Source: Ostrea edulis (taxonomy: Eukaryota). Taken from it: DNA of 64,000 nucleotides. Within the stretch, counting starts at the first letter, position 1. Every line of letters starts with the position of its first letter. The notes below the pieces were generated by a model. It saw nothing but the letters and a program-made list of their open reading frames with translations, was not told the origin of the DNA and did not search any database. The stretch is taken from positions 104,222,001 to 104,286,000 of the forward strand of contig NC_079165.1 of NCBI RefSeq assembly GCF_947568905.1. The letters are read 5' to 3'. The position numbers and the translations under genes were made by a program. This document shows, in pieces, positions 25,036 through 37,250 of this stretch.

Positions 25036-25202
25036 AACATTTTACACTTATGTATTACATCTTTTGTCATATCTGACTTTCTGAAAATGGGAGAACTGCA
25101 TGACATGATGACAAGCATTTCATATTGCTGGCAGTTAGGAGGCTGTACATTATTGCATAAAATTTCACCGATAAAACATTAATTCACTGCATGTAATGAA
25201 AG

Positions 25203-25716
25203 ATATCTGAATGCTAGACAGCTTGGTTGTCCTATAAGCATAAGTTAAATATCTGAATGCTAGACAGCTTGGTTGTCCTATAAGCATGATAAGTTAAATA
25301 TCTGAATGCTAGACAGCTTGGTTGTCCTATAAGCATGATTAGTTAAATATCTGAATGCTAGACAGCTTGGTTGTCCTATAAGTTAAATATCTGTATGTGA
25401 GACAGTTTGGGTGTCCTATTTTGAAGTTAAATGTCTGAATTCTAGACAGCTCAGATGTCCTATTTTTAAGTTAAATATCTGAATTCTAGACAGCTCGAAT
25501 GTCCTATTTATAAGTTAAATATCTGAATTCTAGACAGCTTGGGTGTCCTATTTATAAGTTAAATATCTGAATGCTAGACAGTTTGGGTGTCCTATTTTCA
25601 AGTTAAATATCTTAATTCTAGACAGCTCAAATGTCCTATTTATAAGTTAAATATCTGAATTCTAGACTGCTTGGGTGTCCTATTTATAAGTTTAATATCT
25701 GAATGCTAGACAGTCC
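25203..25716 (+). repeat. Second intronic minisatellite, ~44-49-bp units
   Basis: aagttaaatatctgaatgctagacagcttggttgtcctat repeated ~11 times. Confidence 0.92.
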
Positions 25717-25752
25717 TATAATTGATTGTAATGAGCACTTCATCTTTTCCAG

Positions 25753-25833
25753 GTCCTAACAATGGTTTTACCATTGCTACTTATTATGGTTCTACCAAAG
25801 TTAATGAATGCTGCAGATCCAGAGGCACAGAAG
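25753..25833 (+). CDS. EMC7: EMC7, exon 3 (TM helix)
   Basis: ttccag|GTC..AAG|gtacag; VLTMVLPLLLIMVLPKLMNAADPEAQK. Confidence 0.95.
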
Positions 25834-26236
25834 GTACAGTGAAATTCATTTTAATGTCAGTCACTTTTGGTTCATCTGAATATAATTGTAATCACCTTTC
25901 ATACCAGTGCTTTATAATTCTTGTTCATAATAAATCATCCTTTTTCTGTAAATACTGACATACCCTTCGGTAATTAAGAATTTTACCCAGTTGTGGTAAC
26001 TAACTCTGTATTAAGAAGAATGTGTCTTACTTTTATATACAAATGATATCAATATCTTGAATACTGTGGATATGTCCAAGTGAGTTGGAAGTCTCAAAGT
26101 CTACATTTTCTTTGAATATTTTAATCTCACCATCTCGCACCCTTGGATATCTCGAAGGTTTTTCTTGGCTCCATCAAGTTTGAGATAATTAGGTTTGACT
26201 TTACTTAAAATTGAATGAAATGTTATTCATTTTTAG

Positions 26237-26365
26237 GAGATGCAGTCCCAGATGAAGGCATTTAATGATAAATCTACAGTTCCAGACATTTCAGAAATGC
26301 TGGCAAGCTGGTTTCCAAGTTCAGATAACAAGAAAACCAAACATAACAAACCTAAGAAGAAGTAG
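26237..26365 (+). CDS. EMC7: EMC7, last exon
   Basis: ttttag|GAG ATG CAG..TAG; EMQSQM..PDISEMLASWF..KPKKK*; total CDS 699 nt. Confidence 0.93.
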   Translation, partial: EMQSQMKAFNDKSTVPDISEMLASWFPSSDNKKTKHNKPKKK

Positions 26366-26704
26366 CATCTCACGAATCATGTCTGGATGTTAGAGTGGCA
26401 TGTGATGAGCGTGTAGGAGTGAGTAGTTTTAACTGTGTGCAGTAGAATGCAGTAGAATGTGTCTGCATTGTTTCCATGGAAATTTGATTTTATTTTGTAA
26501 ATTAAAAACATAAAACTTGGATGTAGATTTAATGTGTACATTTTGTGTAAAGGTTTGTTTTTTTTTCATGGTTTTATGATAATTTCTCCAAGTTGTCCCA
26601 AATATTTTAATATTTGAGGGAGATGAAAGGTAGATCCAAGATTATGCTTTTGCAGGTTCTGTAGTTTACATTTCATATTAAAGTTGTCCATTCCTGTCTT
26701 GTGA

Positions 26705-27485
26705 AATAATATGTATACGGTGTGACCGTTGGACCGAGTGAAGAATGTAATTGTCATTGGAGAGTCGCAAGTGGTAATCATAATTCCGTTAAGTACGGTA
26801 GATTATGATTCATTTAAAAATATATATTTTGATTGAAATTTTCCTTGCACTAAACACCCAGTAACATCTCAGTATTAAAGGGCTTTATATGGGGACAACA
26901 GTTTTACGGGATCTGCCTATTCATTGAACGCGGGAAATAAAACGCAAGGCGACGTAAACAGTGCATCGTGACGTCACATTTAGCCTCGACTTTTTTCTCG
27001 TTTTCAAAGCAAACAATTATAAACAACAATAATACAATGTGCATGCAATGAAAAAGGCCGTTAAAACTAAATAAAATTAACCAATGAATTCAAAATTGTA
27101 AAAAAGTAACCGTAATTTTATCGTATATTCTTATTCAAAGAAACTCATGAACTCGTTCATCTATTTAGTCGTATTACGGTTTTATATGTATTTATTTCCT
27201 AAAACCTGTTACAATGATAATTATACTATTCACTTTGAACAAACTGAGTGTTTAAATTACGAATTGCACGTCAGAGTTTTCTATTATTGGCATTCAAAAT
27301 AAAACACGAATAACTGTTGAAACAGGTAATGAAAAAATAAATGGCGGCGCCCATATGGATCACGAAAATTTCAGTGAACGTATATAGAGATTATCTCTTT
27401 TTCTTTTGCTGATTTTGACTTTTTTCTTTTACATACGTGTTACCTTTAGAGCCTTGAAGGCCCGTCCGAGCTTCGCTCGGTATAA
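26705..27485 (-). mobile_element. ~780-bp Helentron/HINE-like element, copy B (inverted relative to 19983-20758)
   Basis: reverse complement matches copy A in long near-identical runs, e.g. gggcgccgccatttattttttcattacctg and ctctaaaggtaacacgtatgtaaaag. Confidence 0.8.
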
Positions 27486-28584
27486 GGTATCAATACAATT
27501 TTCTTTATTTTGATTCATGGATTACATTTCATTTTAAAAATGTTATGTTCAGCTATGTAGTATATAGTATAGAAAATATCTTTATGTTTATATTGTCATA
27601 TTCTTAAAATGATAAGAGAATTTAAAACTTGAGATGAATTGTGAAGGAAAAAATCATGTTAAACATCAAAAAACATTTACTTCAATATTAGCTTTTTTTC
27701 TTAAGAATGGAGATGGTTTTTGTTTAGCTTTTTTTTGGGGGGGGGGGGGGCTCATACATTTTTGAATTATTAGGAACTGTTATAATTTTTTATACTTTTA
27801 CAGATATCACATTTCATGGAATTAAAAAGTTCAAATTTTAGAATCCATGCAACAGAATTTGTTGTTGAAGTATGAAGATTTGCTCTCAAATATCAAATAA
27901 GCAAGATCGGTCAGATTTGGTTTTTAAAAACTCATAAAACTAAACAGAATGAAAGAAATGCAAATGATTGAAAGAGTGAAATATTGGAGATATAGAAGAC
28001 TTGTACAAATAAACAAAAATCACACGAAGTTGCAACTGTTTGCTAATATGGTAACATTTTAAAAATAAACAGAGTAGAATTTCCTTAATCCAATAATACT
28101 TTGATCAATATTCAAAATGAATTCAATATTACACAATATACATTGTGTGGATTGTTGTTTATGTGTTGCTACTTACGTCAGATTTGTAGTGTTATAGCAG
28201 GCAGTAATAGTACATAGATATACACTGCAGCAGTCAGAGAATTCAAGATAGATATACACTGCAGCAGTCAGAGAATTCAAGATATCCACCATATAAATAT
28301 TAAATTTGCACCCCTACCCTTCAAAACTTTAAGTATGATATTTTTTTAATATTTGAGTGCAACATTTTTATTGATTGATTGACTAAATGTAAATTTCATC
28401 CATTTCTTTAATATAATTTCTTACATTTCTCTTTGAAATGTTTAAAATCATGTGTTAACATTAGAAGTGCATAAAAGTTAATTTGGAATATCTCGCAACT
28501 CATTTTTATAATATTTGACTTATTGATCAATATCAAAAATATACATTGCTTAAGTCCTTTATACAATCGTGCTAAGGAGTGACA

Positions 28585-28616
<32 letters not shown>

Positions 28617-29406
28617 ATAAAATCAATGTCTTCAGCACTAGTCAGATTTGTTAGAGTTGTGTAGTTGTTCATCTAGATTAATGTCAACAGTGACAATATT
28701 TATTGTAGCACTGGAGGGGGACACACACATTCATCTGATTAACCAAATAGCAAGACAGTGAAAGTGAGTTAACACACACACGTTTTTGTTATATTGAAAT
28801 TACTTTCTTCAGGCCTTTTGGCAGATCACAAATATATTGAACACTGTCATGAATGAGTTTTATTATAAAACATAAACAAACCATTGTACAAATTTTTAGT
28901 AAGTAATGGAGTGTCAGATATTTTCAATCATATGCCACTTCCTCATAAATTAATTATTTGTACTTTTTTATTTAATATTTATTTGATATTGTGTAGAATA
29001 AAAACATAAGCATTTACCTAAATTGCAGAGAGGTATTTTAAAAGAATAATAATAATAATAGCACTTGCATTATAAATATACTGTACAAGCATGTCAATAA
29101 GATACTTTTTATAATAAATATCACTGTATGTACAAATTTACATGTTGCCCCTAGTTACAATAAAATGTTGTGATTTTTGTATTGTGTCATACTTTAACAA
29201 TGTGGTACTTGGCAGTTACAAGCTTTTCTGGATTCATCATGCCATGTATGAATAAATTATATTGTCGATGTTTTTGTGCTGACCCCAAAATTGTTTATCT
29301 CCGTGGAGTCCGTGCGCTTAGCACCAGTGTTTTGTTTTCATCACTGTTGTATGGACCTCCTAACCGAAAGTACGAAATTGGAGATGATAAGTTGTTAAGG
29401 TTGCGG

Positions 29407-29996
29407 CTAGTACAGAAAATCTAGGTTATTCCCCGGTATTCTCGTTTTCTTTTGGCTTTTCCGTACCGTAATGTCTTCTTGATCTCCCTCCCCGTCCGCC
29501 GTATCCATGATCTCAGTGAACAAGTCCAGGGTTTCATCACTGGATAGCACGGTTTCCCGCGGGTTGACGTATGTATATCCACCATTCCCGGTCCTCTGCG
29601 TATGAGCTCTCTCCATCACGGTCTCGTACAATCGCCGGCGCTGCTCGTTAGCGAACAGGTCGATTTCGATGACCCGGGTCACGATGGCTTGATTCTTCCT
29701 CCAAACATTAAATTCTATATCTATCGGAGTTATTCTTTCTGCTGTCACTGTAACCGTGATAAATGCTTTGCCATTTTTTAACATGAGATCCACATTTTCT
29801 GCAACTGAATCAAAGTTGGAGGTTCCACTCTGCCCGGCGCGACTGCCGTCGGCGTGAATTAGGTTAAGGTCGCCGTAGATGTCTTCGTGGTGGTGTTTGA
29901 CGTCGATGTGCTGCCGTATGTCTTTGGAGTCGATGGTGGCGAGCTTGGACAACAGTAGTTCACTGAAATTTTTCTTGGGACGCGGCTGTCTCTTGA
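29407..29996 (-). CDS. Uncharacterised large protein, last exon (probably folded C-terminal domain)
   Basis: ttcctatttgcag|TC AAG AGA..; phase 1 matches the donor at 32231; (V)KRQPRPKKNFSELLLSKLATIDSKDIRQH..LDFLY*. Confidence 0.85.
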
Positions 29997-30032
29997 CTGC
30001 AAATAGGAAAAAGAATAATTACTTAACATTGC

Positions 30033-30295
30033 CAGTGGGGATTCAGGAATTCTTAAATAGGAGAGGGGGAGGGGGGGGGGGGGAGTAAAAGGCTGGGGCT
30101 GCTTTGAAGCCCGCAGTGGGACTAGGGTGGCACATTGAATGGTTACTAAGTCCGTTGAAGCTTCCGAGTTCTGATAAACTAAGACGAATATATTCAATGT
30201 TTTTAGACGTATTTCTATTCTAAAAAACATAAATATTTGTGATAATAAATCGATTGCTACACAATAGCTTTCGCCCGGCGCTGGATCCGCCACTG
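30033..30295. mobile_element. PIF/Harbinger-like MITE
   Basis: cagtggggattcagg ... ctggatccgccactg with internal G-run. Confidence 0.6.
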
Positions 30296-32230
30296 AATTA
30301 CAAATTAGTGCAGAAAAGAAAATTGGATTTTATCCCTTCATGGTATAGTAAAATGCCCTTCAGATATTCCCTAGTGTTTGGTTTCGGGGAGAAAATGTTG
30401 ACAGAATGCACAAATCATTTTGCTGCTTATGGAATTTCTCTGCATAATTATCATTGATAAACCCACTGATATCAGCTACCGATACACATTTCTATGTCCC
30501 TAAGCAGAGGCGGCCTGGCCAGGGTGAGTTATCACCCGTGAGATCAAAGCACAGCCTCTGAGCAGGTATTCCAGACAGGTATAGTTAGACCAATGCGCTG
30601 ACAAATACGCCCAGAGACTATAGATACACAGTTTACTCATACAAAGGTGTATTAAAGTTATTGTAATTTTATGCCCATTGATATTCAAACCCGAAAACCT
30701 GTGTGGTGTTGCTGTGTGTATGTAAACTGTGTAGGAGGAATGCATGCTATATCACAGGTTTTATATTAGTCATTTCTTATACCACCTAACAATGATTTTG
30801 CTATCACTGCACGAACGATCGAATGAAGATAAATTCACTAAAATCACACAAAGCCCTATGCATGTAAAAAAAAAAAAATAAAAAAATACCAACTGTCCTA
30901 TTCGATGGATGGGGTCTTGCGAGTGATACGCTTTTGTATGAATTTATACATTTGTCTTCATATATATCTGAAGGCTAGGGATGGTTCAGAAAATTTGTCA
31001 AATACATTGGGACTGGGTGAAATATGGCCGTCCTGAGTGGGGCTAAATTAGGTGACAACCTTAACAGTACTTGACCTCGCAAGTATACTGCTTACCTTTG
31101 ATTCAGAATGGATGGATCAAATTACCGCTGATTAATGTCGATTCATTAACTTGCTTTCGTATAACATACGAACCCTCCTGTTTAAATAGTTTTGATGTCA
31201 ACACGCAATTAATTAATATTATTGCCCGTCACTATCAAAACTGCTAATCCCAATTATCATTAACATGTGTCTCTTGCGCAATATTAAGTTTGTAACATAA
31301 AGGAATTTTAAAAAACACACTTAACGTCATTTTCAATATTTTTATAACAGTTGCGTATTTCGGGAGGATTTCTGATTTACAGCCTGCACTCCAGAAAACT
31401 CAATGAAATATTTCTCTCCAATATTATTTTATGATATGTTCGACCAAACAAACATATCCAGCTTTATGTTCTATATTAATGTTTGATTACCATAAATCAC
31501 TGATATTGTCTGATACAAAATGAACAATATTTCGAGAACATAAGACACGATTTCTGCAGGATCTTTGTCTACATTCTAATGATAGACAATATAATTTGAT
31601 ACCGGGTAGAAAACAAGGTCACTGAATTTTTATTTCATAAGCTGAACTATTCATCTACACATTGTCACAAATCGCATTTGTCGTGTAAAAAAAAAAAATA
31701 GAGGTAGATATATCTTTAATTTTTTCGTCTTTGCTCCACAAATCAAATATACGTATAATATGTATCTACCAAAAGATTTTGTTCGTCTACTTTGAAAAAT
31801 GGGAAAAGGATCCCAGAAACCATAGAATTTTCTTTTCTTTTATTATTGAAAAGAACAAAATAAACGATTGTCATTATCTTAAAATCCCCATTTGTCTCTG
31901 CATGATAATTGTACAGGCTAGGGCGTTTACTCGTGGACACTTTATTGCGCGATTGATAGCGTTTTGATTTTTAATTGAATCGAAATTAATATTTTATTTT
32001 GTGATTCGGTGTCCCTAAATAAAATATGATTAAATATCTTGCTGCACTTGTTTTCTGTAATATTTCGCCCCGTCGCTTCACTTAATTATGCCGGTATATA
32101 CTACGTCATAACTCTAAATTTTTATGGTCCGTATACAACAACAGAGGTAACCACAGGCATGTATTTAAAGCGTTATCCTAGTAATAGTTTTAATTCTGTG
32201 ATTGGGGAATGAGTGAAAGTAAAAACTAAC

Positions 32231-35200
32231 CTTCTTTAGATTTAGTAAAACGGTCTACAGTTTCAAAAGTGATGTCGTTGTTAAGGCTGTTTTGGATGCG
32301 TTGGTTGTGCGCGCGTTCCTGCTCTCTTTCCCTTTCATAGCGCTTGTAAATGTCCTCATCACTGTGGTAAAGAGGATTCTCCTTGGTCATGTTAAAGGCG
32401 TGGTCAAATAAGTTAATATTGTCACTATACTCATCGAGATTTTGGTCAAGAGTATTCTTAATCAGGATGTTCCCTCGGATGATACGCATGTCTTTGTCGC
32501 CATCAGAGTGAGTTTGGTAGCCATCAGTTCGACTTTGGTAGCCATCAGCGTGAGATTGGTACTCACCAGCTCGACTTTGGTAGCCATCAGCGTGAGATTG
32601 GTAGCCATCTGCGTGAGATTGGTACCCACCCGCTCGACTTTGGTAGCCATCAGTGCGCCTTGGGTACCCATCAGGGTGAGATTGGTACCCACCAGCTCGA
32701 CTTTGGTAGCCATCAGGGTGAGATTGGTAGCCACCAGCTCGACTTTGGTAGCCATCAGCGTGAGATTGGTACCCATCAGCTCGACTTTGGTAGCCATCAG
32801 CGTGAGATTGGTAACCATCGTGGTGACGCTCAAAATCGTTTCTCACTTGGTACTTTGTGGCGAATGTCTGGCTCGATTCGGTGGGGATGTGTGTAGGGCG
32901 ACTTTCGTTAATTACATTGAATTTACTCGTAAAATGTCTGTCGTTTACAGGCGATGGTGTTGTACCGTTTATCTGGAACACTTTTTCGGTTTTGAATGTG
33001 TGTGGAGCATGTGTCTCCATAGACGATCTGTTATCAAAGCCATCCTCAGTAACACCCCCTGATGACATTTTCATGGTGTAATATTCCTTAGTTGTCACCT
33101 CCTCCACTGTTTCTTCACGTCTATCCTCAGTCGCCCTGCTATTTAAAACCACGCATTTCTTATCTTCGATTTGTGCTGGTATGAATTCTTTGCGTTGTTT
33201 CTGCCATTTTGGCGCCTCATACGGTCCTTTAACAAGAGCAACAGATTTGTAGATTGGACGCTCAACATCCTTTGCTTTTATTTCTATTTTCTCTTCTTTT
33301 TCTTCTTTAATCGCAACTGTCTGGGGAGGAGACGGTGTGACGTCAACAACGGCCATGTGGTAGACTGGTACGACAGGTGGTGGCGGAACCACGGGTGGTA
33401 GCACCACTGGTGGATACATGGCACTGGCCTCCATCATGTACGAGGAATTAGAGGCGCTCATACCCATGTTGTCTGCATGGGACTGTGACGACTGCATGGC
33501 CTCTAACTTCCGGTAACCCTCTCTTTCCCCTTCCTCTCTTTCCATTTCATAGGAATGCTTCACTGTTTTGACCGATGACGACCCCATGGTCTGGGGTATA
33601 GGGCGGTGTACCTTGTCGGTTTCATCATAACTGGTCATTTGTCTGTTATGGGAACTATCAGACGACATTGTACCATACTGCCCGCCAGAATGATAGTGCT
33701 CTCGGAGATAATGGCCTTCCCCGGTGCGTTCGTCTATTTCCTGGATTTGTATAGATCCGGCAGGGTTGTACAAACCCAGCAGTACTTCCTCTGCCGTGTT
33801 GTAGTCGATTCCTGACTTTCCAACAGCCTGTAGGTTATAGATGCCTTGGAAATTTTGACCACTGTGTCCATAGCCATCAGATGTATTGTGGGAATCGGAG
33901 GAGGTACTGTAGTATGCGCTCTCCTGAGATTCGTCAGTTATATCTTCCACCATGTAATAGTTCCCTTTGTGGTCTTGCACAATACACCGCCTATCATCCT
34001 CCCCGATTTGCGGCGGACGGCTGACCTCCTTTTCATCATCTTCCTCTTCCACAATTTTGTGAGTTAATGTTGTAATCACTAAATTCCCCCCCGGTAATTT
34101 GGTCACCGTCTGGTTAATTTCCGGTAAAAGCTCATCGCTATTTTCTCCGTTCAACTTAGAAATTGTTTCGGCTAGATGTTTCAGATGAACATTGGATTCC
34201 ACGTCCAGGTTTTGCTCTGATCTGTCATCCCCTTTTCCTGACCGCAATGTGGTTGTCTTGGTCCGAACTTTCCTGCCTCCGGTATAGCTGGAACTTTCGG
34301 ACCCGGAAGAAGTGTACCCGGAGTACCTGTCCGGCATCGACCGAGCGATGCCGGACAATTCCTTTAGAGACACAATTTTGTCGGTTTCAAAAGTACCAGG
34401 CAGAGTATAAAATTCCGGAACACCTAAATTTTGCTGTTCTCCGCGCGGATGTGTATTGCTGTTTGATACATGGTCGCAAGGTGTAGTGTATGAAGATACG
34501 TTAGCTGTCACTTCAGTCACGTGTTCAGAGCCCCGAGCCAGATATGCCTCGCTGCATTCTTTTTCCGAGGGATTACAGTTGACAAATGACAGTGTTTTAC
34601 TTTTATAAAGTTTGTTTTCTGCAGTTTTACATTCTTGTTGTATCACCTTTGCTTTGTCAGTTTCACCACCTGGGTGAACCTCATGATGAATGATCTGAAC
34701 ACAGCTTCTGTGAGGCAATGTTTCTTTTACTATTTTAGTCTTGGAGTCTGAGCTGTCAATGAAACTTTTCTCAGGATCTGCAGTTTGGGGGATTGTTTTT
34801 GCACTTTCAGTATATTTACCACGCTCCTGGTCAGTGTGATGCGGTAATACTTGAACATCTGGTGATTGGGGTCTGTCAGTATTTGTGCTGTTACTACTGA
34901 AACTTAAATCCCCTGATGCACTGAAATCGTTCAGACTTGTATTACTTTTCATATCTTTATCCGTGGACTCGGACCGATCATGATCCGATAGTACACATTG
35001 ACTATCATCAGCTATCGATAAATCGGTAGCATCGCCACAGGTTGCAGGATTGCTGTTTATCTCCAGTTGTACAGAATTGTCAATTTCTTCATGACTTCTA
35101 GTCACGTTTTCTTCCTTGCCCTGACTTATTGTCCCCTCTGGTTGTTGACTATAATTTTCCCCTTCTAAGTTGATCACACTTCTATATACACCCCGCGTTT

Positions 35201-37250
35201 CTGCGGTTTCACTCTGTTTTTCACTGACATCATCCTGGCAAGAGATCACAGTGAGAATGAGACATTCTTCGTCAGTTGACTTCACATCTTCGTCCCCGTT
35301 ACCATTATGATGTTCGTAATCTGGGAACGACTCAAGTAATTTCCAGTTTTTCTCCAGGGTTTGATTAAGCAGTGCGTTGTTCCTTTCCACGGCTCGTTGT
35401 AATTCCAGAATGCCGTCTTCTACACTACCCGCTGTAACACTTGGAAACGCTTCCTTGGTCCCGTCTTTGCGAGTTTCATGCAATTCTACATGCCCATGAG
35501 TCACACCTTTTGAATTCTCCGAATTTGTATTCGGTTCATTATCATTCACTTTATAAGATTCATTTTCAAGGTCATTCAAATGACTGTTATTTGAATGATG
35601 GAACAATTTAGTACTTGTTTCGCTTTTCACACTCAACATTTCACTCACTGTTACGTCGGTGTCTGGAGCGCTGTCAATGCAGGTATGAGGGTCTGGAATT
35701 TCGATACCAACATTTTGTGTATTTGCTTCATTTTCGCTTTTCTGAATCATATTACACTGAGCAGATTTCTGAACAAAATCATCAGTTTCACAAATGTAAT
35801 TGTTGGCAGACACGTTCATATCAAGGACATATTCTGTGCTTGACGGCGCCGTTAAAGCTCGAGTTTCAACCTGATCTTTTAATGTTTCTACATTAACTTT
35901 TTCACTCCCACAAACGCTTTGATGCACACCTACATTTCCTTCGCTATCCGATACGAATGACAGAATGACTTCAGAGCTTGTTTGTTTATTTTCGTTTCTT
36001 TTGTCAGTATGGCTCTTAGAATCAGTACATCTACCAGGGCTCTCAGAATTCGTCTGAACTCTCCCAGAACTCGTCTGAACTCTTTCAGAACTCGTCTGAA
36101 CTCTCTCAGAATTTGAATGATTTTCCTCAGAACTCGTCTGAACTCTCTCAGAATTCGTCTGAACTCTCTCAGGAGTCATCTGAACTCTCTCAGAACTCTT
36201 TATATCCACACTAGTGTCTTCTACCGGGAGTTTTGATTTCTTGGTTGACTTTTTATTGGGCTCTAAACTCTGAGCAGAAAATGCGAAACATGAGACAGGT
36301 TCTGTGTCTGATTGTGAAGACTCTGAATGCGAGTTGTTATTCTTCTGTATCGGGTCATCTGTCTTAAACTCATGGTCGCTTTCGCTATTTGACGAGTCAG
36401 AAGCACTAGCACGATCGACATCTTCATTTTGATAGTCATCCTGTTTATCGAGCACTTCTACATCATTTTCAAGAGTATTGTCACTGTAATGTATTTCATT
36501 TCTCGTGTTCTGTACGAACAGTTTTGGTTTTTTCCGTTTATTTTCCTTTTTAATCCGCTTTGCTTTGTTTGTGAACATTGTCGTTATATTTTGCACTGTT
36601 CCCGGTCTTATTTTACTTCTCATGGATTTCACACTTCCTTCCAGTTTTGAAATCTCAAACGGAAGCAAGTGCTCACCCATTTGGTGTGACGTTTCATCTG
36701 TCACTACGTAATGACCACACGAATCTGATTCGTCGGAGCTATCACATGTCGAGGTGTTGCTGGAATCAGTTAGCAGACTGTAGGGTTCACTGGTGTCATT
36801 GTTTGCTGTGTCTATTCCCAGCTGGTTCAAAGGGGAAGAACTGTTATTGTCAATCGAATGCAACGTATGTAGGACATCCGGTGAAAATGATCGCGGTATG
36901 ACTTCCGGGGGAAGCGATGGCGGCAGAGGTGGAACATCAAATTCGTCGTCCGATCGTTCTTCGGCAACATTTACACATGAGGACTGAGGAAAGACAGGTT
37001 CGTCAGATTTCGATACCCTTGAGTTGGCGGACGGAGGCGGACTTGGAGAAATCGGAAATCCGGAATCTGATGAAGCTGTTGACGAACCACGGCGGACTAA
37101 CACTTTCTCTGACTGGGGTCCACCGGATTCAAAAATGATTTTTGGCGCCCGCTCCGAATCAAGAGTTCGCAACTTTTCATGGTTTATTGCAATTTCTTGT
37201 TGTTCAAGTTCTCTAAGAAGCAGAAATTGTTTCAGTTTTGTAGAATCCAT
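32231..37250 (-). CDS. Uncharacterised ~1870-aa largely disordered protein, coding part of a 5044-nt exon
   Basis: 5-kb stop-free frame, GC-richer than flanks; acceptor ttgacag|GAT at 37274, strong Kozak gagcATGg at 37250, donor GAA G|gttagt at 32231; additional upstream coding exons cannot be excluded. Confidence 0.85.
32502..32816 (-). repeat. Coding 21-bp tandem repeat (15 x GYQS[H/R][A/P/T][D/G])
   Basis: direct reading of DNA and translation; H and R units mostly alternate. Confidence 0.95.
36040..36200 (-). repeat. Coding 21-bp tandem repeat (SSERVQT-like)
   Basis: ctcagaactcgtctgaactct repeated ~6-7 times. Confidence 0.9.

Noticed and set aside
24094-25182. 362-aa, 257-aa and 231-aa ORFs as independent membrane-protein genes
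   Set aside because: Only the first 81 codons are EMC7 exon 2; the rest is a stop-free minisatellite read in three frames
24341-25716. CRISPR-like appearance of 35-45-bp repeat arrays (also 39270-39895, 40186-40504, 51449-51622)
   Set aside because: Units are head-to-tail with no unique spacers, the context is eukaryotic and intronic, and there are no cas genes
28584-28612. Long poly-C/poly-G runs (also ~9598, 27737, 50129, 50436, 54127) as functional G-quadruplexes
   Set aside because: Homopolymer tracts are common in these MITE interiors and genomes; nothing locus-specific supports function
30500-30630. Alternative terminal exon in the last intron of the giant gene
   Set aside because: Phase-compatible but only ~24 codons, weak acceptor, no supporting homology
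32442-33062. 206-aa plus-strand ORF (TLVAISVRLV repeats) and other overlapping ORFs in 32400-37300
   Set aside because: Antisense or alternative-frame shadows of the 21-bp coding repeat and the giant exon
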